Below, piece by piece: positions 1 to 12,363 of a stretch of 64,000 bases of DNA; the stretch's first letter is position 1, and every line of letters starts with the position of its first letter. The translations under genes and the position numbers were made by a program. The stretch lies in assembly GCA_026936335.1 (NCBI GenBank), contig JAPMXV010000057.1, forward strand, positions 62,001-126,000, given 5' to 3'. The notes beneath the pieces are model-generated. The model ran no database searches. It saw only the letters and a program-made list of their open reading frames with translations, and was not told the DNA's origin. This DNA comes from Mantamonas sphyraenae STR306. Lineage: Eukaryota > Protista > CRuMs.

Positions 1-1128
1 GTGGAGGATGTGGACGGTGGAGATCTGGACGACGGAGCGTCTGTGAGCGACGGCGGCTGCTTCCTGACGGACATTCTGTTGTATGCATACGCACGATTGC
101 CGACGATTTCGGACCATTGTGTGATTTGCGACCGGAAGCATCTGTTCCAGAACGGGTCGATGCTGAAGCCGAGCGTGTGTACGCGAGAGCTGTGCTTCTT
201 TGCGTACCAGCAGTTGGGTGTGATGAAGAGTGCGGCGGACCTTGTGGCGAGTGGCGCAGAGGTTGTGGATCTGCTGGTGAACATGGCACGTGCGGCAGCA
301 CTGAGCCCGCGCTCAGAGATGATCTTTGATCCGTACCCGACGATTGCGGACAAGGACAACCCGGAGAAGCTTGCGTTTGATCCGAAGAAGAAGGACATGG
401 CGAAGCTGAAGAAGCTGTTTCAAGACTTCCCGCCGGTGAAGGAGATTGTGAGTGCCAACGACAAGTCGGACATGGAGCGACGTAGCAACCAATTGTCGCC
501 GTACGTGTTTTCCATGCTGGGCTGGATCCTGTCGAGCAACCGCTCGCACATTGTGCGACTGGACGAAGAGTTGCATCTGCCGACAATGGGTACGCCGCAT
601 CAGTTCCTTCTGATGAGCAGTCCGCCAGAGAAGGAGGCCAAGTTTCGGGAGTTGAAGAAGAAATACGGATCGTACTTTGCGTTCCACGGCTCGCCCGTGG
701 AGAACTGGCACTCCATCATGCGTCACGGTCTGCGCAATGCGTCGGGTACGAAGCTGCAGTTGCATGGCACTGCACACGGCCACGGGGTGTACTTGTCGAC
801 CATGGCATCGACCTCGTTGAGCTACTCGCGCATCTACAACAGTGGAGGCGGACGCAACACAGGCAAGGGCAAGGACGAGGAACACTACATCGACACGACG
901 ACGGCCAACTGCCTGGCCATGTGTGAGGTGGCCGACAAGACAGGGAGTATCCGCAAGGATGGGTCGATCCATGTGGCACAGGACGCCGACCTGGTGGTCA
1001 CTCGTTTCTTCTTTGTGTACGACAGCAAAACACCCTTGGGCAATGCGCAGAGTGCAGACACGACGTCGAGTGCGTTCAAGGCGGAGATTGAAAACGCGAT
1101 GAAGCTGCGGGCAGCGAGCACAGAATGA
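1..1128 (+). CDS. PARP6/PARP8/PARP16-like mono(ADP-ribosyl)transferase (5'-partial)
   Basis: Upstream CxxC region (HCVICD, PSVCTRELC) and catalytic motifs AFHGSPVENWHSI, LHGTAHGHGVYLS, SLSYS, CLAMCEV, VVTRFFFVY. The third catalytic position is I rather than E, typical of mono-ARTs. Confidence 0.85.
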   Translation: MEDVDGGDLDDGASVSDGGCFLTDILLYAYARLPTISDHCVICDRKHLFQNGSMLKPSVCTRELCFFAYQQLGVMKSAADLVASGAEVVDLLVNMARAAALSPRSEMIFDPYPTIADKDNPEKLAFDPKKKDMAKLKKLFQDFPPVKEIVSANDKSDMERRSNQLSPYVFSMLGWILSSNRSHIVRLDEELHLPTMGTPHQFLLMSSPPEKEAKFRELKKKYGSYFAFHGSPVENWHSIMRHGLRNASGTKLQLHGTAHGHGVYLSTMASTSLSYSRIYNSGGGRNTGKGKDEEHYIDTTTANCLAMCEVADKTGSIRKDGSIHVAQDADLVVTRFFFVYDSKTPLGNAQSADTTSSAFKAEIENAMKLRAASTE

Positions 1129-1227
1129 GGAGGGGACGATGGTTGTCATGCGTGGTGGAATGAAAGGGATTGGACGTTGGGCGTAGGGCGTTGGTTGGGA
1201 ATTGGGAGGAAAAGAGGGAGAGAGGAA

Positions 1228-3561
1228 ATGGAGACATTGGACGTGAGCCAAAGTCGCGAACGCCAAAGCACCGGAATTTTGCAAATGAGCCTTGTGGAGC
1301 AACCGATGAACGATTCGACCGCCGCGACGGAGGAGCCTGTGCAGCAGGAGACGGTGGAGACGAGCGTGGAAAGCAGCAGCAGCAGCGGAAGCAGCGCGAA
1401 CGGAGGAGGAGGAGGAGGAAACGGAGGTGGATCGGAGGGTCAGACGGAGGGCGAGAACGGGAAGGGCTCGCAGGGAGAGGAGGGCAACCAACAGAAGGGA
1501 GAGAAGCAGGAGGGAGGCAAGAACGGAAAGAAGAACAAGGCTCGCAAGCGCAAGGACGACCTGAACCTGGATGGCCTGAGTTTGGAGGAGATTCAGAAAC
1601 GCCGAGCCGACTTGCCGATGCTGGTGAAGCCGGATGAGCGCCAGTTCAAGGCGGAGGTGGCAGACATCAACGAGAAGATTGCAGATGCGCAGCGACAGCT
1701 GGTAGGTGCAGAGGATGGGCAGGAAGTGGGCACAGAGGGATGTGTGTGCAGGGCGTGGGGGGTGAAAAGAGAGGGCGTGCATGGAGGGCCCGAAAAAACT
1801 GACGCCGAAACGCCGAAACCACCGGGGGCCGCGGGGCTTTTCTTTGCAGAACGAAATCCAGGACACGCTGCGTGAGAAGGACCTGCTGAAGCAGCAGGTG
1901 TTTGGCGAGGCGGAGGGAGTGCGTGCGGCGCTGGAGGAGCTGCGGGCTCAGGTGACGGCCAAGTTCCAGCAGAAGAAGAAGCTGCAGGGGATTTTGGACG
2001 AACTGGACGAGGAGCGCAAGGCCAACTACGAGGCGTTGGACAAGCTGAAGAAGAACCTGCCGAGCACCAAGCTGGAGGACATCGACGCCATGGTGGAGTA
2101 GGTTGCAGAGGGACGGGATGGGAGAGCAAGGGGCATGGGCAGAGGCGAAGGAAGGCGAGTGCCACGTGGAGCATGCAGCCAGGGATTGGGCGAGAGAGAG
2201 GGTCGGAAAACAACAACGCGTTTGAGCGCAGAAAGACGCACACAGAGTGGTGGGTGGTGACTGACACACACGCGTACACACCTGTACCACCATGGCATGC
2301 TGTGTGTTTGGTCACACGGCTCCACAGGAAGCTGAACTACAAGATTTCGACGTCGACGATGAGCCTGCGCGAGGAAAAGGACATCCTGGCGCAGATCACG
2401 GCCCTCAAGGCGGCGAAGCGGGAGGTGAACGCATACCACAGCCAGCGCAAGAGCCTGACGGGAGGCGGAGACAAGAAGGAGATTGTGGAGGAGCTGAAGC
2501 AGGTGAACGCGGAGCTGACTGCGTTGCGTGCGCAGGAGAAGAAGGACAGCGGGACGCTGAACGGGATCTACGCGCAGCTGGGCCCCAAGGGGGAGTACAC
2601 GAAGCTGAAGCGGGAGAAGGACAAGTTGCACCGCACGCTGCGTGACCACTACACAAAGATCAAGCGTGTGTGCAACACACACAACAAGGCGAAGCAGGAC
2701 TTTATCAGCAACCAGCGGGAGCTGCGTGCGCTGCAGGCGGTGGAGCGTCGCCTGACCAAGGAGGCCAAGAAGAAGGAGTACGAAGAGAAGAAGGCACGTC
2801 GTGCGGAGCAGAAGGCAGCAGACAGTGCAGCAGCAGAGGCGGAAGAGGCGGCACTGTTGGCTGAGCTGGAGGAGGAGGAGGCAGAGGCGGAGGATGTGCA
2901 CCCGTGGGCGCAGGAGATTGCCCTGTGCGAGAACCTGATTGGGTACCTGGAGAACTATCTTCCCAAGGAGGAGGACACCAAGGGCAAGGGCAAGGCGGCA
3001 CTGGGCAACGAGGACAACGACGAGGAGGAGAGGAGAAACGCACGCGAGGTGGAGCAGTCGGAGGAGGACGACGACCTGCAGACCATTGGCAAGAAGGCGG
3101 TGGAGGCGGAGAGCTACTTTGTGGCACCGGCGGGCAAGAGCAGGAAGAAGAAGAAGAACAAGCGCAGCCAGAAGAAGAAGGAGGAGGCTGGCAACCCGCA
3201 CGAGCACATCAAGCACCCCGTGGACGTGTTTGCCGACTTTGGTCTGCTGGACCTGTCGCCTCCCCTCACCGTGGGCGACGTGGCAGAGTGCATCGGGGCC
3301 ATCCGCGAAAAGATTGAGGAGTTCCAGACCAAGCCAGCCGACCCCAGCAAGGGCAAGAAGGGCAAGGGCAAGGACAGGGAAGCCAACAACAACAGCAACA
3401 ACAGCAACAACAACAACAACAACAACAACAACAAGGGGAAGGGGAAGAACAACAACAACAACAACAAGACTAACGACGACGATTTTGCCGCGGCGGGCGA
3501 GGATGTGCCCAAGCCGATCGAGCCGGAGCCTCTGCCCAGCTGGGGACCTGGCAGCAAGTGA
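1228..3561 (+). CDS. Bfr1 / proton-pump-interactor-like coiled-coil protein (3 exons approx. 1228-1701, 1850-2092, 2329-3561; start uncertain)
   Basis: K/E-rich coiled coil with motifs STMSLREEKDILAQI, HPWAQEIALCENLIGYL and HPVDVFADFGLLDLSPP; frames are joined by GT-AG introns. Confidence 0.6.
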
Positions 3562-3667
3562 ACCAACGAGTGAAGAAGAGAAGATGGAGGGTCGATCAAC
3601 ACAGACGCAGCTTGTTTGCCTTTTTCTATTGTTTGTGAGGTTGTGGTTGCAGCTGCGATGGCGATGA

Positions 3668-5486
3668 TCAGCTTGAGAAGAAGCGCACGTTTCCGTCGGC
3701 ACAGGCGGTGACGAGATAGGGGTCGAGGGGAGCAAAGTCCAGGGAGTAGACACGTCCACCGTGGCCATCGATGCGTTGCAGCAGGCGGGCACTCTCCATA
3801 CTGATGTCGTACACGTACACCTGGTGATCGGCAGAACCTGTGGCAAGCAGCACGCTCGTGTCCACCTGTTGCTCCACAAGCTCCACGTTGCCCTGAGACA
3901 CGTCTCCTTCGTCGTCCAGGACATTGGTGGAGTAGATTTGTTTGACTCCGTCTGTGGGAAGGGGGGAGGGGGGGGGACAGTGCAGCAGCGGGGGGTGAGT
4001 GATTCACGACACAAAGCACAACACACACACACACAAGGCACGTACAGTCTTTGCCGACGAAAAAGGCACTGCGGATGGGCCAATTCCTGTTTTTGTGGCC
4101 AGTGAGGTTATGGATGTGGTTGAGGCTGATGCCGCGTGTGCTACGCTCGTAGACGCGCAGGACATTGTCAAAGCTGTTGACGGCGACGTAGCGTCCACGT
4201 TTGTACGCACCCATGTTCCTGCTTGCATGGACGTGAGAGATAGGCACACCCAAACTGTCTCCAATGACCATTTCGTCGACGAGACTGGTGCTGGAGGCAT
4301 CCAGGCCCTTGCGCAGATCCCAAGTGCACAGGCGGCCGTTTGCATCCCCTGTGATGAGATACTTGCCCTTGTTGCCAATGTACGCCGAATTGATGCTCAC
4401 TCGTTCACCATGGATGCCATCCAGCAGCATCACACTTGCCGGTGTCTCTCCAACGCTTCCGCTGGACGACGACGACGACGTTTCGCCCACACGCACGTCG
4501 TGTACCTCGACACAGCCCTGGTTGGTGGCACTGATGACCAACGAATAGTCTGTGGCAAGGTGTGAGGACAGTGGGATGATGGGGAGAAGGGTGTCAGGGC
4601 GGTGAAAGGCCCGGAAAGACCAAGGGAGGAGGTGTGGGATGGTGCTTACCTGTGGGATGAGGACTGACGCAGGTGACCATCCCTTGCGTCGCTGCGCTGA
4701 GCACAGGCTCCTCGGCCATGGAAACGAGATCCCACACTTTGATGGAGGAGTCGAGGGAGCCTGTGACGAGGTACTCATCATCACGCATCCATTTTGTGTC
4801 GACGAGGGGTTGCGTGTGACCCAGCAGGCAGGCTGCCTCTTCGCCCTTTTCGCCGTCAATCACACGTGCACTCTTGTCAAAGGAGCCCGTGGCCACGTAG
4901 CGGCCGTGTGAATCGAAGCTCACCGAGTACACTGCTGCTTTATGGCCCTGTGTGTTTTGGGGGGGGGTGGAGGATGGGTCAGAACAGAGCACACACACAG
5001 GGCGGAAGAAGCAGCGTGTGTGTGTGTGGGGAGAGGGAGGGGTGGGGTGAACCGGGGGACAACGCTTGGCCAACCACGCACTGTAAACATGAGCTTGGCA
5101 TGGAACTCCATTTCTGTGTCTTTGTCCATGACTTCGGAGTAGCCCTGTGGTTTGTTGCGTGTGCTTCGTCCGAGACCGCCTGCGTGGCCGTCTGACCCAG
5201 CCTGGTGGTGCTCGCGTTGCGGGTGTTTGTGTGTGTGTGTGTTGCCAGACATGCCCCCCACGCCACTACCGACATCACGGCGTGACTGTGTGTTGTGGGT
5301 GTCGTCGCCCAGCATGTCGTCCAGATCAACCACCCAGTCGGCCGTCCCTTGACGCACGCTGAGTTCAAACACAGTGCGCTTCAACATGGCATTCTCCTGT
5401 TGCAGAGTGCCCACTTGGGCCTTCAGCTCCGCATTTTCCTTTTCCAGGACCCGTAGGCGGGCTTCTGCAAACGAGTCCTTTTCCAT
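3668..5486 (-). CDS. WD40-repeat protein with N-terminal coiled coil (multi-exon)
   Basis: GHKAAVYSVSFD..ATGSFDKSARV, GHTQP..VTGSLDSSIKVWD, GHKNRNWPIRSAF and GHGGRVYSLDF..VTACADGNVRF occur across ORFs 4920-5486, 4594-5073, 3114-4859 and 3668-3901. Confidence 0.8.
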
Positions 5487-5629
5487 CGGGTTGGACCGGA
5501 TAGTGGGGGGGGGGGAGGAGAGGGGGGTGTGGTGAATGGGAACGGTGGCATGGAGGGTGGAAACAAGCAGTGGGGTTGGGACAAGGGGAAATCAACACAT
5601 TGACGCTGCCCTTTGTTTTCGCCCCGCAA

Positions 5630-5814
5630 TCAATCCTCGTCAGGACCCTCATCCACCAGAAGCACATCGTCGTCGTCTTCATCGTCATCATCATCGCTGC
5701 TGTTGATGCTCCCGTCTGCATCCATTCCCAACGCTTGTGCTCGAAAGGGTTCCGCCTGGATGTCCATCCCATCCTCCTCGTCTTCCAATTCCTCCTCCTC
5801 CCGGTCCTCTCCGC

Positions 5815-5845
<31 letters not shown>

Positions 5846-8216
5846 ACCCTCTTCGTCCTCCTCTTCATCCCTATCCGCTTCCGCGCCTCTGTCTCTCCCT
5901 AGCCCAACCTCCCTCTCCCTCTCCTCCGCCTCCTCCTCCTCCTCCTCCTCCCGCACCCTTTTCACACCCACACTCAACACACTCCCCCAATCAATGGAAG
6001 CCACACCGGCAGTGGCAGACGCGGCCACCGAGGGCGGCAAAGCCACCACACCGCCCGGATGCACCAGCGCCTCGCACACATTCAACCCGTGCAGACACAC
6101 GCCACTGGTCACTGCATCGGGATCGCCTTTGCCCAGAGTGAACAGGTACACCGCATGCGGCAGCGCCCTGTTCTGCGTGTCCTCCGACACACACACACTG
6201 GCAAGGAGACAGCGAAAGAGGGCCCTGCGAAAGCTCGCAGGCGAAGGCAACACACCGCTGAGTGCTGCCGACTGCGACGACTTGATGGTGCTCAATCCAT
6301 GCTCCAGGGTGTTGAGACGCCCACGTGCTCCGGGTCCCTGGGCCATCACGCGTACAAGCAGTTGCACCACAACCGCATCCGCCTTGGTGCGCAACTCGTC
6401 AACCCACGCCGATCCACTGCTCTGATACAACCCATGCAGACACTCCAGTGCCGCCACTGCCACTGCATCCATCTCTGCCAGCTCCTGGTCGCTGTGTCGC
6501 ACGTACTGGTGTTGCACCTGCGCATACGCAGCCTCCGAGGACGACGACGATGAAGACGATGACGACGCATGTCCTCCTCCATCCCCTCCCTTGCGCCTTC
6601 GCTTGCGTGACCCACCGCTCTCACTGATGTGTGCTCCCATGTTGCTCTGCAGCTGAGTGCGATGCAGCACAGGTGCGCATGCATCGCTGCAAACCGTGTT
6701 GATCAGCGGCAATGCCAGCGAGGCTGCAGAGTGCACGCCCAGACACTGGGCCAGCACACCCAGGGTGTGCCACACCTGCACGCGCAAGGCAGCATGTGCT
6801 GGCATGCCACTCAGCTGCGCACCCCTGTCCAGTTGTTCCACAAGCACCTTGCACAGCAACTTGGCATGCCGAAACGTATGTGTGCCTACACGCTGCACCA
6901 CACTCTCCAACAGACGCAGACTGGCCATGCGCACCTCCACACTCCCGTGCAGCAGCTGCCCAAACTCATCCCATGCCAACCGCGACGCCGTCCCATCCTC
7001 CGCTGGCGTCCTGCTCTGGTCCAGGTACAACGAACGCACCACCAGCGAGAACAGTGCACCCACGGGCATGTCCACAGGCTGTTCACTGTGTGCCTGCGTC
7101 ACCAGCGCCTGCAGTGCCGTGTGCAGATTCAGGGCAAGCTGCACCAGCTCCACCACCGTCAGCTGGCTCACATCCACACGCCCAAACACAATCTGCTGCT
7201 CCGACGACAGAGTCGATGTCCATCCGCCACTTGCGTCGTCTTCCACCCCACATACCGCATACAGTCTGTCCATCACCTCGTGCGCCAATTCCACAACGCT
7301 GCCCACCGTCGATCCCCACGCCTCCTGTGTCCCTGCACACTCGGGCAATGCCCACAACACCTCCACAGCAGCCTGCACCACCACACCATCCTTGCTTTGC
7401 ATGCATGGGCTCACCACGGCGTCCAAATCCACTCCCGACCGCAGGATGTTCCGCATGCTCGTACGGTATGTGTTCATACATGCTGCCATGGCTCGTACTG
7501 CACCTGCCTTGCCCTGTGAGGCATGTGCAGCCATGCTTGGCACCACACTGCCCAGATTCCTCTCTGCCGTCTCGTTCTTGATCTCCAGCCAGCTCACCTC
7601 TCGCAGCCGTTCCATCAATGTCTCCACCACCACCAGGGCTGCTTCCACCACCCCATCATCCTGCTTCTCCTTCTGCACACACACCCCTCCTGCCGTGTCA
7701 GTCTTGCGCACCCCACCCGTTCTCCACCTCCCCCCGTGCCGATTCCCGCGGACTTGGCACAAATGCACCCCTTACCCGGATCGCCGCCTGCACGCTGCTA
7801 AACAGCGTCTGCCACTTGGGCGCCACGTATGTACACTCCACCTGCCGGATGGTCTCTGCCAGGTACAGCATCCCTGCTCGTTTGATGTCTGTGTTGCTGT
7901 GGTGCACCATTTCGTTCACTCGCTGCAGCCAACTGCTCAACACCCCCGCCGCATGCACCTCCACACCCAATTCAACCCCTTTGCCCTTGCCCTTGCCCTT
8001 GCCCTTGCCCTTTCCTTTGCCCTTGCCTGTTTCCAGCCCCAGCATGGTCTCGTCAGGCACCAGCACCCGGCCCTTGAGTCCCGTCCGAATCCGCAGCGGC
8101 TCCACACGACGCAGCACACCCAACACATGCCTCACATGCTCACTCGCCGCTACATTTCCATACATGTATTCGTTCTGCAGAGCAAACAGCGCCAGCACCC
8201 GTCCGTCGTCCAGCAT
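5630..8216 (-). CDS. PELP1/Rix1-like pre-60S biogenesis protein (ARM/HEAT repeats plus acidic tail; intron ~7699-7773)
   Basis: Helical repeat protein with LHGLNVCEALVHP (Rix1/PELP1-like C..L.HP motif) followed by a long D/E tail. Confidence 0.6.
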
Positions 8217-8227
8217 GATCGTTTTCG

Positions 8228-9811
8228 TCAACGCTTGGCCTGCTTCCCGCCGCGCCCTGACGACGACGACGACGACGACGACGACAAAGATCCACCCCCA
8301 ACTTTCCCCTTTCCCTTCCCTTGACCCTTCTCCTTCTCCTTCTCTTTCTCATTCTCGCTGTCCTTGTCCTTCCCTCCTCCCACGACCACCTTTTCCTTTC
8401 CCTTGCCCCCAATCCTTTCCTCCTGCTCCTCCTGCACTTCCCCCGATATCCTCCTTCCGTTCATCTCCAACCTCCTTTCCACCACCACAGGTTCCATCAC
8501 CTCATGCACAGCCTTGCGCACAAACAATGCATACCCATCCACCTCCTCCGCATCGTCGTCCTCCTCATCCTCCTCATCCTCCTCTCCATCTCCCCCTCTT
8601 TCCGTGCCTCTCCTCCCTCGAAACCATCCCCGCCACCCTTTCCTCCCCTCCCGTGCCTTGCGTTCTTCTTCCGTCTCACTCTCATGCAGATCGACCCCTT
8701 CCAAGGCTCCCTCCAACGAAATATCCCCAAACACATCCACCTGGCCCATCAACACCGCCATGGCCACCTTGGACACAAATGTACCCACACTGCTCCACAC
8801 CGACGTCTGCTCAAATCCCATCCTTGCCGCTTCGTCCACCATGCGCTGTTCATACGCCAACACTGCACGCAGCTCCACGTTTGACCTGTTTCGCATCATG
8901 GCACGCATGCTCCACCTGTGCAGTTTCCCCTGAAGGGTATATCCCAACACCACACCCATCACATACCCACTCAGGGTGTGGCTGTCTGGTGCAAAGCCAA
9001 AGCAAAGCGCAGTTGTCACCACGTGGGCACACGACACCACATGGAGCACCAGCAGAAGCATCACATCCACTGCCCCACCGTGCATCAGCCTTAACAACAG
9101 ACCCACAGGCACAGCAAGGGTCATTGCACACAGACACGGGTGCAACACACGCGGAAGGAACAACCGGCTCACCCAGCCCCCTGCCATGCCCCACCACGGC
9201 GACACCACAACCGCAAACCCTGTGTACTCATGCACACGTGTGCACAACGCAGCCAACACAACCATCCGCACCCATTCCACCCCCATGCCACTCTCCCGTC
9301 CCCCGTCTTCCGTCCTCGCTTGCCCGAATTCAATCCACACCACCAGCCGTTCCACCAACCTGTGTCCCTGCCTGCCCACAAAGCCACCCAGTGCCTGCAT
9401 CCATCCAGGCACACTTGTGTCCATCACTTGTTTCAGCCAAGCCCACCTTGCTGCCTCTGCCTTGTCCATTTCCCACGCTTCCTTGCCCCTGACGTCATTC
9501 GTCCCCACCTCCTTGCTCTCGTCCGACCTGCTCCCTTCCATGTCCATTTCCCAGGATCCACCTTTGCTGCTTTGTACACGCACTGCCTTGGCCAGTGCCT
9601 CCACATGTCCTGCACGACACACAGCCCCTTGGCCCAAGGCGGTGGCCACCCCAACCCCTGCCCCTGCCCCTCCACGTGCCAACACCACAAAATGAACCAC
9701 CCACACAGCCCACATCGACACAAGACCCACCGCCACAATCCAACACCCACTCGATCGCAACATGGATGGCTTCCACTCCAACAACAAAAGCGGAATTCTC
9801 TTTGTTTCCAT
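8228..9811 (-). CDS. Uncharacterised multi-pass membrane protein
   Basis: 527-aa ORF with several hydrophobic segments and a charged low-complexity C-terminus; family not recognised. Confidence 0.55.
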   Translation of the reverse strand: METKRIPLLLLEWKPSMLRSSGCWIVAVGLVSMWAVWVVHFVVLARGGAGAGVGVATALGQGAVCRAGHVEALAKAVRVQSSKGGSWEMDMEGSRSDESKEVGTNDVRGKEAWEMDKAEAARWAWLKQVMDTSVPGWMQALGGFVGRQGHRLVERLVVWIEFGQARTEDGGRESGMGVEWVRMVVLAALCTRVHEYTGFAVVVSPWWGMAGGWVSRLFLPRVLHPCLCAMTLAVPVGLLLRLMHGGAVDVMLLLVLHVVSCAHVVTTALCFGFAPDSHTLSGYVMGVVLGYTLQGKLHRWSMRAMMRNRSNVELRAVLAYEQRMVDEAARMGFEQTSVWSSVGTFVSKVAMAVLMGQVDVFGDISLEGALEGVDLHESETEEERKAREGRKGWRGWFRGRRGTERGGDGEEDEEDEEDDDAEEVDGYALFVRKAVHEVMEPVVVERRLEMNGRRISGEVQEEQEERIGGKGKEKVVVGGGKDKDSENEKEKEKEKGQGKGKGKVGGGSLSSSSSSSSSGRGGKQAKR

Positions 9812-9817
9812 CCCCGC

Positions 9818-12304
9818 TCAGTAACCACCACGCCCACGACTGCGGTTCTTCCCAGCCGTCTTGGGTCGCCCACTGGACGCTCCACCGCCACCTCCGCCGC
9901 CCTTGTCACCGTTGTAGCTGAGAAACATCGAGGGCAGGTTGTCCATGGCCGAAAACGTCACCTCCTCCTCCTCCTGGAACGCCGAATCCAAGGCGGCCTG
10001 CACGCGCTGGTCTTCAAGACTCACCGCCTCATAGTCCGTCGTGGTACGTTCGGGATACTCCAGCTCCACATCCATCACGTTCTCATACTTGAAGCGCGGC
10101 GGATTCTGCGGCAGCATGGAGCAGATACGCGAAAACTCGCTCATGGGACGACGCAGGCCAGCCGCACTGATGGGACGCCGCGGTGCCTCCTCGTCCAGAT
10201 TGTTGCCAGCCTGGGCAATGTGGGCCACTCGCCACTCGCCATGCTCGGGGTCCCACTCGGCACGATCCTCAATCTTCTTCTGCTCCTCATACGGAATGAA
10301 GTTGTCGATAATCAGCATGCGCAGCTTCAGATCCCGCGTCAGTTCCCGAATCGTTTCCAACATGTCTGCCTTCTCCACCTGAAACTCCTGCTCCAAATCC
10401 ACAATCTCCGCCTTGGCTGCCTTGTACTTGTTGAACAGCTTCGTCAGCCGGCGTGTCTTTTCCTCCACCTCCTCCTGGATCGACCCGTACTGCTCCTTCA
10501 GATTCAATGTCTCTGCCTGCTGCTCTTCCATCTGTGCCTTCAGCCTCGCCTCCATCTTGTGCTTCTCCTGCAGTTCCCGCTCTCGCTTGCGCAGCTCCAT
10601 CTCCTGTTGCTTTGTCTTTTCCACCAGGTTCTCACCACCCACAATCAGCTTGGCCTCCAGTGCCTTCAGCTTGTTCTCCGTGTCCTCCTTCCTCTGTCGC
10701 TCCTCCTCCAGCTGCTTCTCACGCTCCAGCAACTCGTTGCGAATCTTTTCCTTTTCGCTCTCCGCCATGTCCTTCTCCTCCAACAGCGCCTTCTTCTCCT
10801 GGTCCAGCTCCTTCTTCATGCGCTCCATCGTTTCCGTGTCCATCTTCACCACCACACGCTCACCACCCGGCCCCATCACCATCTGCTGACCAACCCCATC
10901 CATCCCCACGCCTCCACTTCCGTCCACCTGCGCACGCAGACGCTCAATCTCCTCCTGCAGCGCACGCAACATCGCATCCTTGGGATCCTCGTTGATCTTG
11001 GGCTTGTTCTTGATGCTCTTGGCTCGGTTTGCATACCGCAGCGTCGAGATGGTTTCGTCAAAGTTGTAGTCCGCTGGGCCGATGTTGGCCACCATCACCG
11101 TCTTGGAGTTGCCTCCCAGCGAATCCTGCAGCAGACGCGTCAGCTTGCTGTCACGGTACGGAATGTACGACGTCTTGCCATCCACCAGTGCGCCGATCAC
11201 ATTGCCCAGCGCACTCAGCGACAAGTTGATGGCACACCCTTCCTTGAGTCGATCACCCGAGGCCTTGGTCTTGGCCTGTCGCTCCGAACCCGCCAAATCC
11301 ACCAGGTTGAGCTTGCCCGCTCGGATGTGGTTGTTGCCCTCCTCGTCGTTCTGGCTCGTTTCCACCGTGATGATAAAGATGGAGTGCGAGCGTGACGAGC
11401 GTGCGTTCATCTCCGTGGCGCCTGTGGTTCGGTTCTTCTTGCCATACTGCATCACCTGATCGATCTGATGCACGTCCTTCACCACCTTGGAGCTCAACCC
11501 ACGCACAAAGACTCCCTTGTCCTTGTCCTCCTTCAGATCCAGGTTCGTATCCTGCGACGACGACAACAGATCGCGGATGTCGTCGTTGTAAATCTCCAGG
11601 TACGAGGCATGCACAAGAAACTCCATGTTGGCGTCCTCCCCACTGATCGCGCTAAAGATGTGGTCAAACGCATTCGGAATGATGCCCCGCAGTTCCTCCG
11701 GCTTTGGTTCTCCCTCCATCGTATGTGTCTTGCCCGTGCCTGTCTGGCCGTATGCAAAGATTGTCCCGTTGTACCCCTCCAGCACAGAGTCGACAATCGG
11801 CGCCGCACAGTCGTCGTAGATTCCGCGCTGCGTAGCACTGTACCCACACATACATACACACACACACACAATGCAACCCCGGTGTGTCAGTGTTTCTCGC
11901 CCTGGGGCATCCCTTTTCGCCTTCCACCTGCTCTCCTGCCCATCCCCCGGCAACTTGGGCGCCAAAAAAAAACGGCCGACGCGCGCCGGAAGCGGAATCC
12001 GCCGGCGTGTGGCACATGTAACGTACTTCCAGTCATACACCGAGTCAAACGTAAAGGTCTTGGGTGGGTCTTGGATCTTGTTTGGGTTGACAATGGAAAT
12101 CTGGCCCATGGTGGTGTCCATGCGCACGACGCCCTTGTGACCCGCGTCCTTCTCCTTGGAATTCAAAGGCCTGCAACGCACAACCACCTTGACTCGCTCC
12201 GAGCCCTTGTTGGCAATCACACCGGCAGCCTTGAGCTTGCCCATGGCACTCTTCATCTTGGTGTTGGCCGAAGACGATGACGAGGACGAAGACGACGACG
12301 ACAT
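9818..12304 (-). CDS. KIF3: Kinesin-2 motor subunit (KIF3A/B, FLA10-like); in-frame intron ~11839-12026
   Basis: [77 protein letters not shown], coiled-coil stalk and LIIDNFIP tail motif. Confidence 0.95.
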   Translation of the reverse strand: MSSSSSSSSSSSANTKMKSAMGKLKAAGVIANKGSERVKVVVRCRPLNSKEKDAGHKGVVRMDTTMGQISIVNPNKIQDPPKTFTFDSVYDWKYVTCATRRRIPLPARVGRFFLAPKLPGDGQESRWKAKRDAPGRETLTHRGCIVCVCVCMCGYSATQRGIYDDCAAPIVDSVLEGYNGTIFAYGQTGTGKTHTMEGEPKPEELRGIIPNAFDHIFSAISGEDANMEFLVHASYLEIYNDDIRDLLSSSQDTNLDLKEDKDKGVFVRGLSSKVVKDVHQIDQVMQYGKKNRTTGATEMNARSSRSHSIFIITVETSQNDEEGNNHIRAGKLNLVDLAGSERQAKTKASGDRLKEGCAINLSLSALGNVIGALVDGKTSYIPYRDSKLTRLLQDSLGGNSKTVMVANIGPADYNFDETISTLRYANRAKSIKNKPKINEDPKDAMLRALQEEIERLRAQVDGSGGVGMDGVGQQMVMGPGGERVVVKMDTETMERMKKELDQEKKALLEEKDMAESEKEKIRNELLEREKQLEEERQRKEDTENKLKALEAKLIVGGENLVEKTKQQEMELRKRERELQEKHKMEARLKAQMEEQQAETLNLKEQYGSIQEEVEEKTRRLTKLFNKYKAAKAEIVDLEQEFQVEKADMLETIRELTRDLKLRMLIIDNFIPYEEQKKIEDRAEWDPEHGEWRVAHIAQAGNNLDEEAPRRPISAAGLRRPMSEFSRICSMLPQNPPRFKYENVMDVELEYPERTTTDYEAVSLEDQRVQAALDSAFQEEEEVTFSAMDNLPSMFLSYNGDKGGGGGGGASSGRPKTAGKNRSRGRGGY

Positions 12305-12363
12305 TTTTCAACTTCGGGTTTGGGTGTTTTTCAATTGGCACACCAGCGCAACCATCACACACA

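Noticed and set aside
2026-4083. Long antisense ORFs (also 9140-11395, 37285-39618, 58701-61451 and others)
   Set aside because: Shadow ORFs caused by high GC3 codon bias opposite real genes; they have low-complexity L/V/H-rich translations without motifs.
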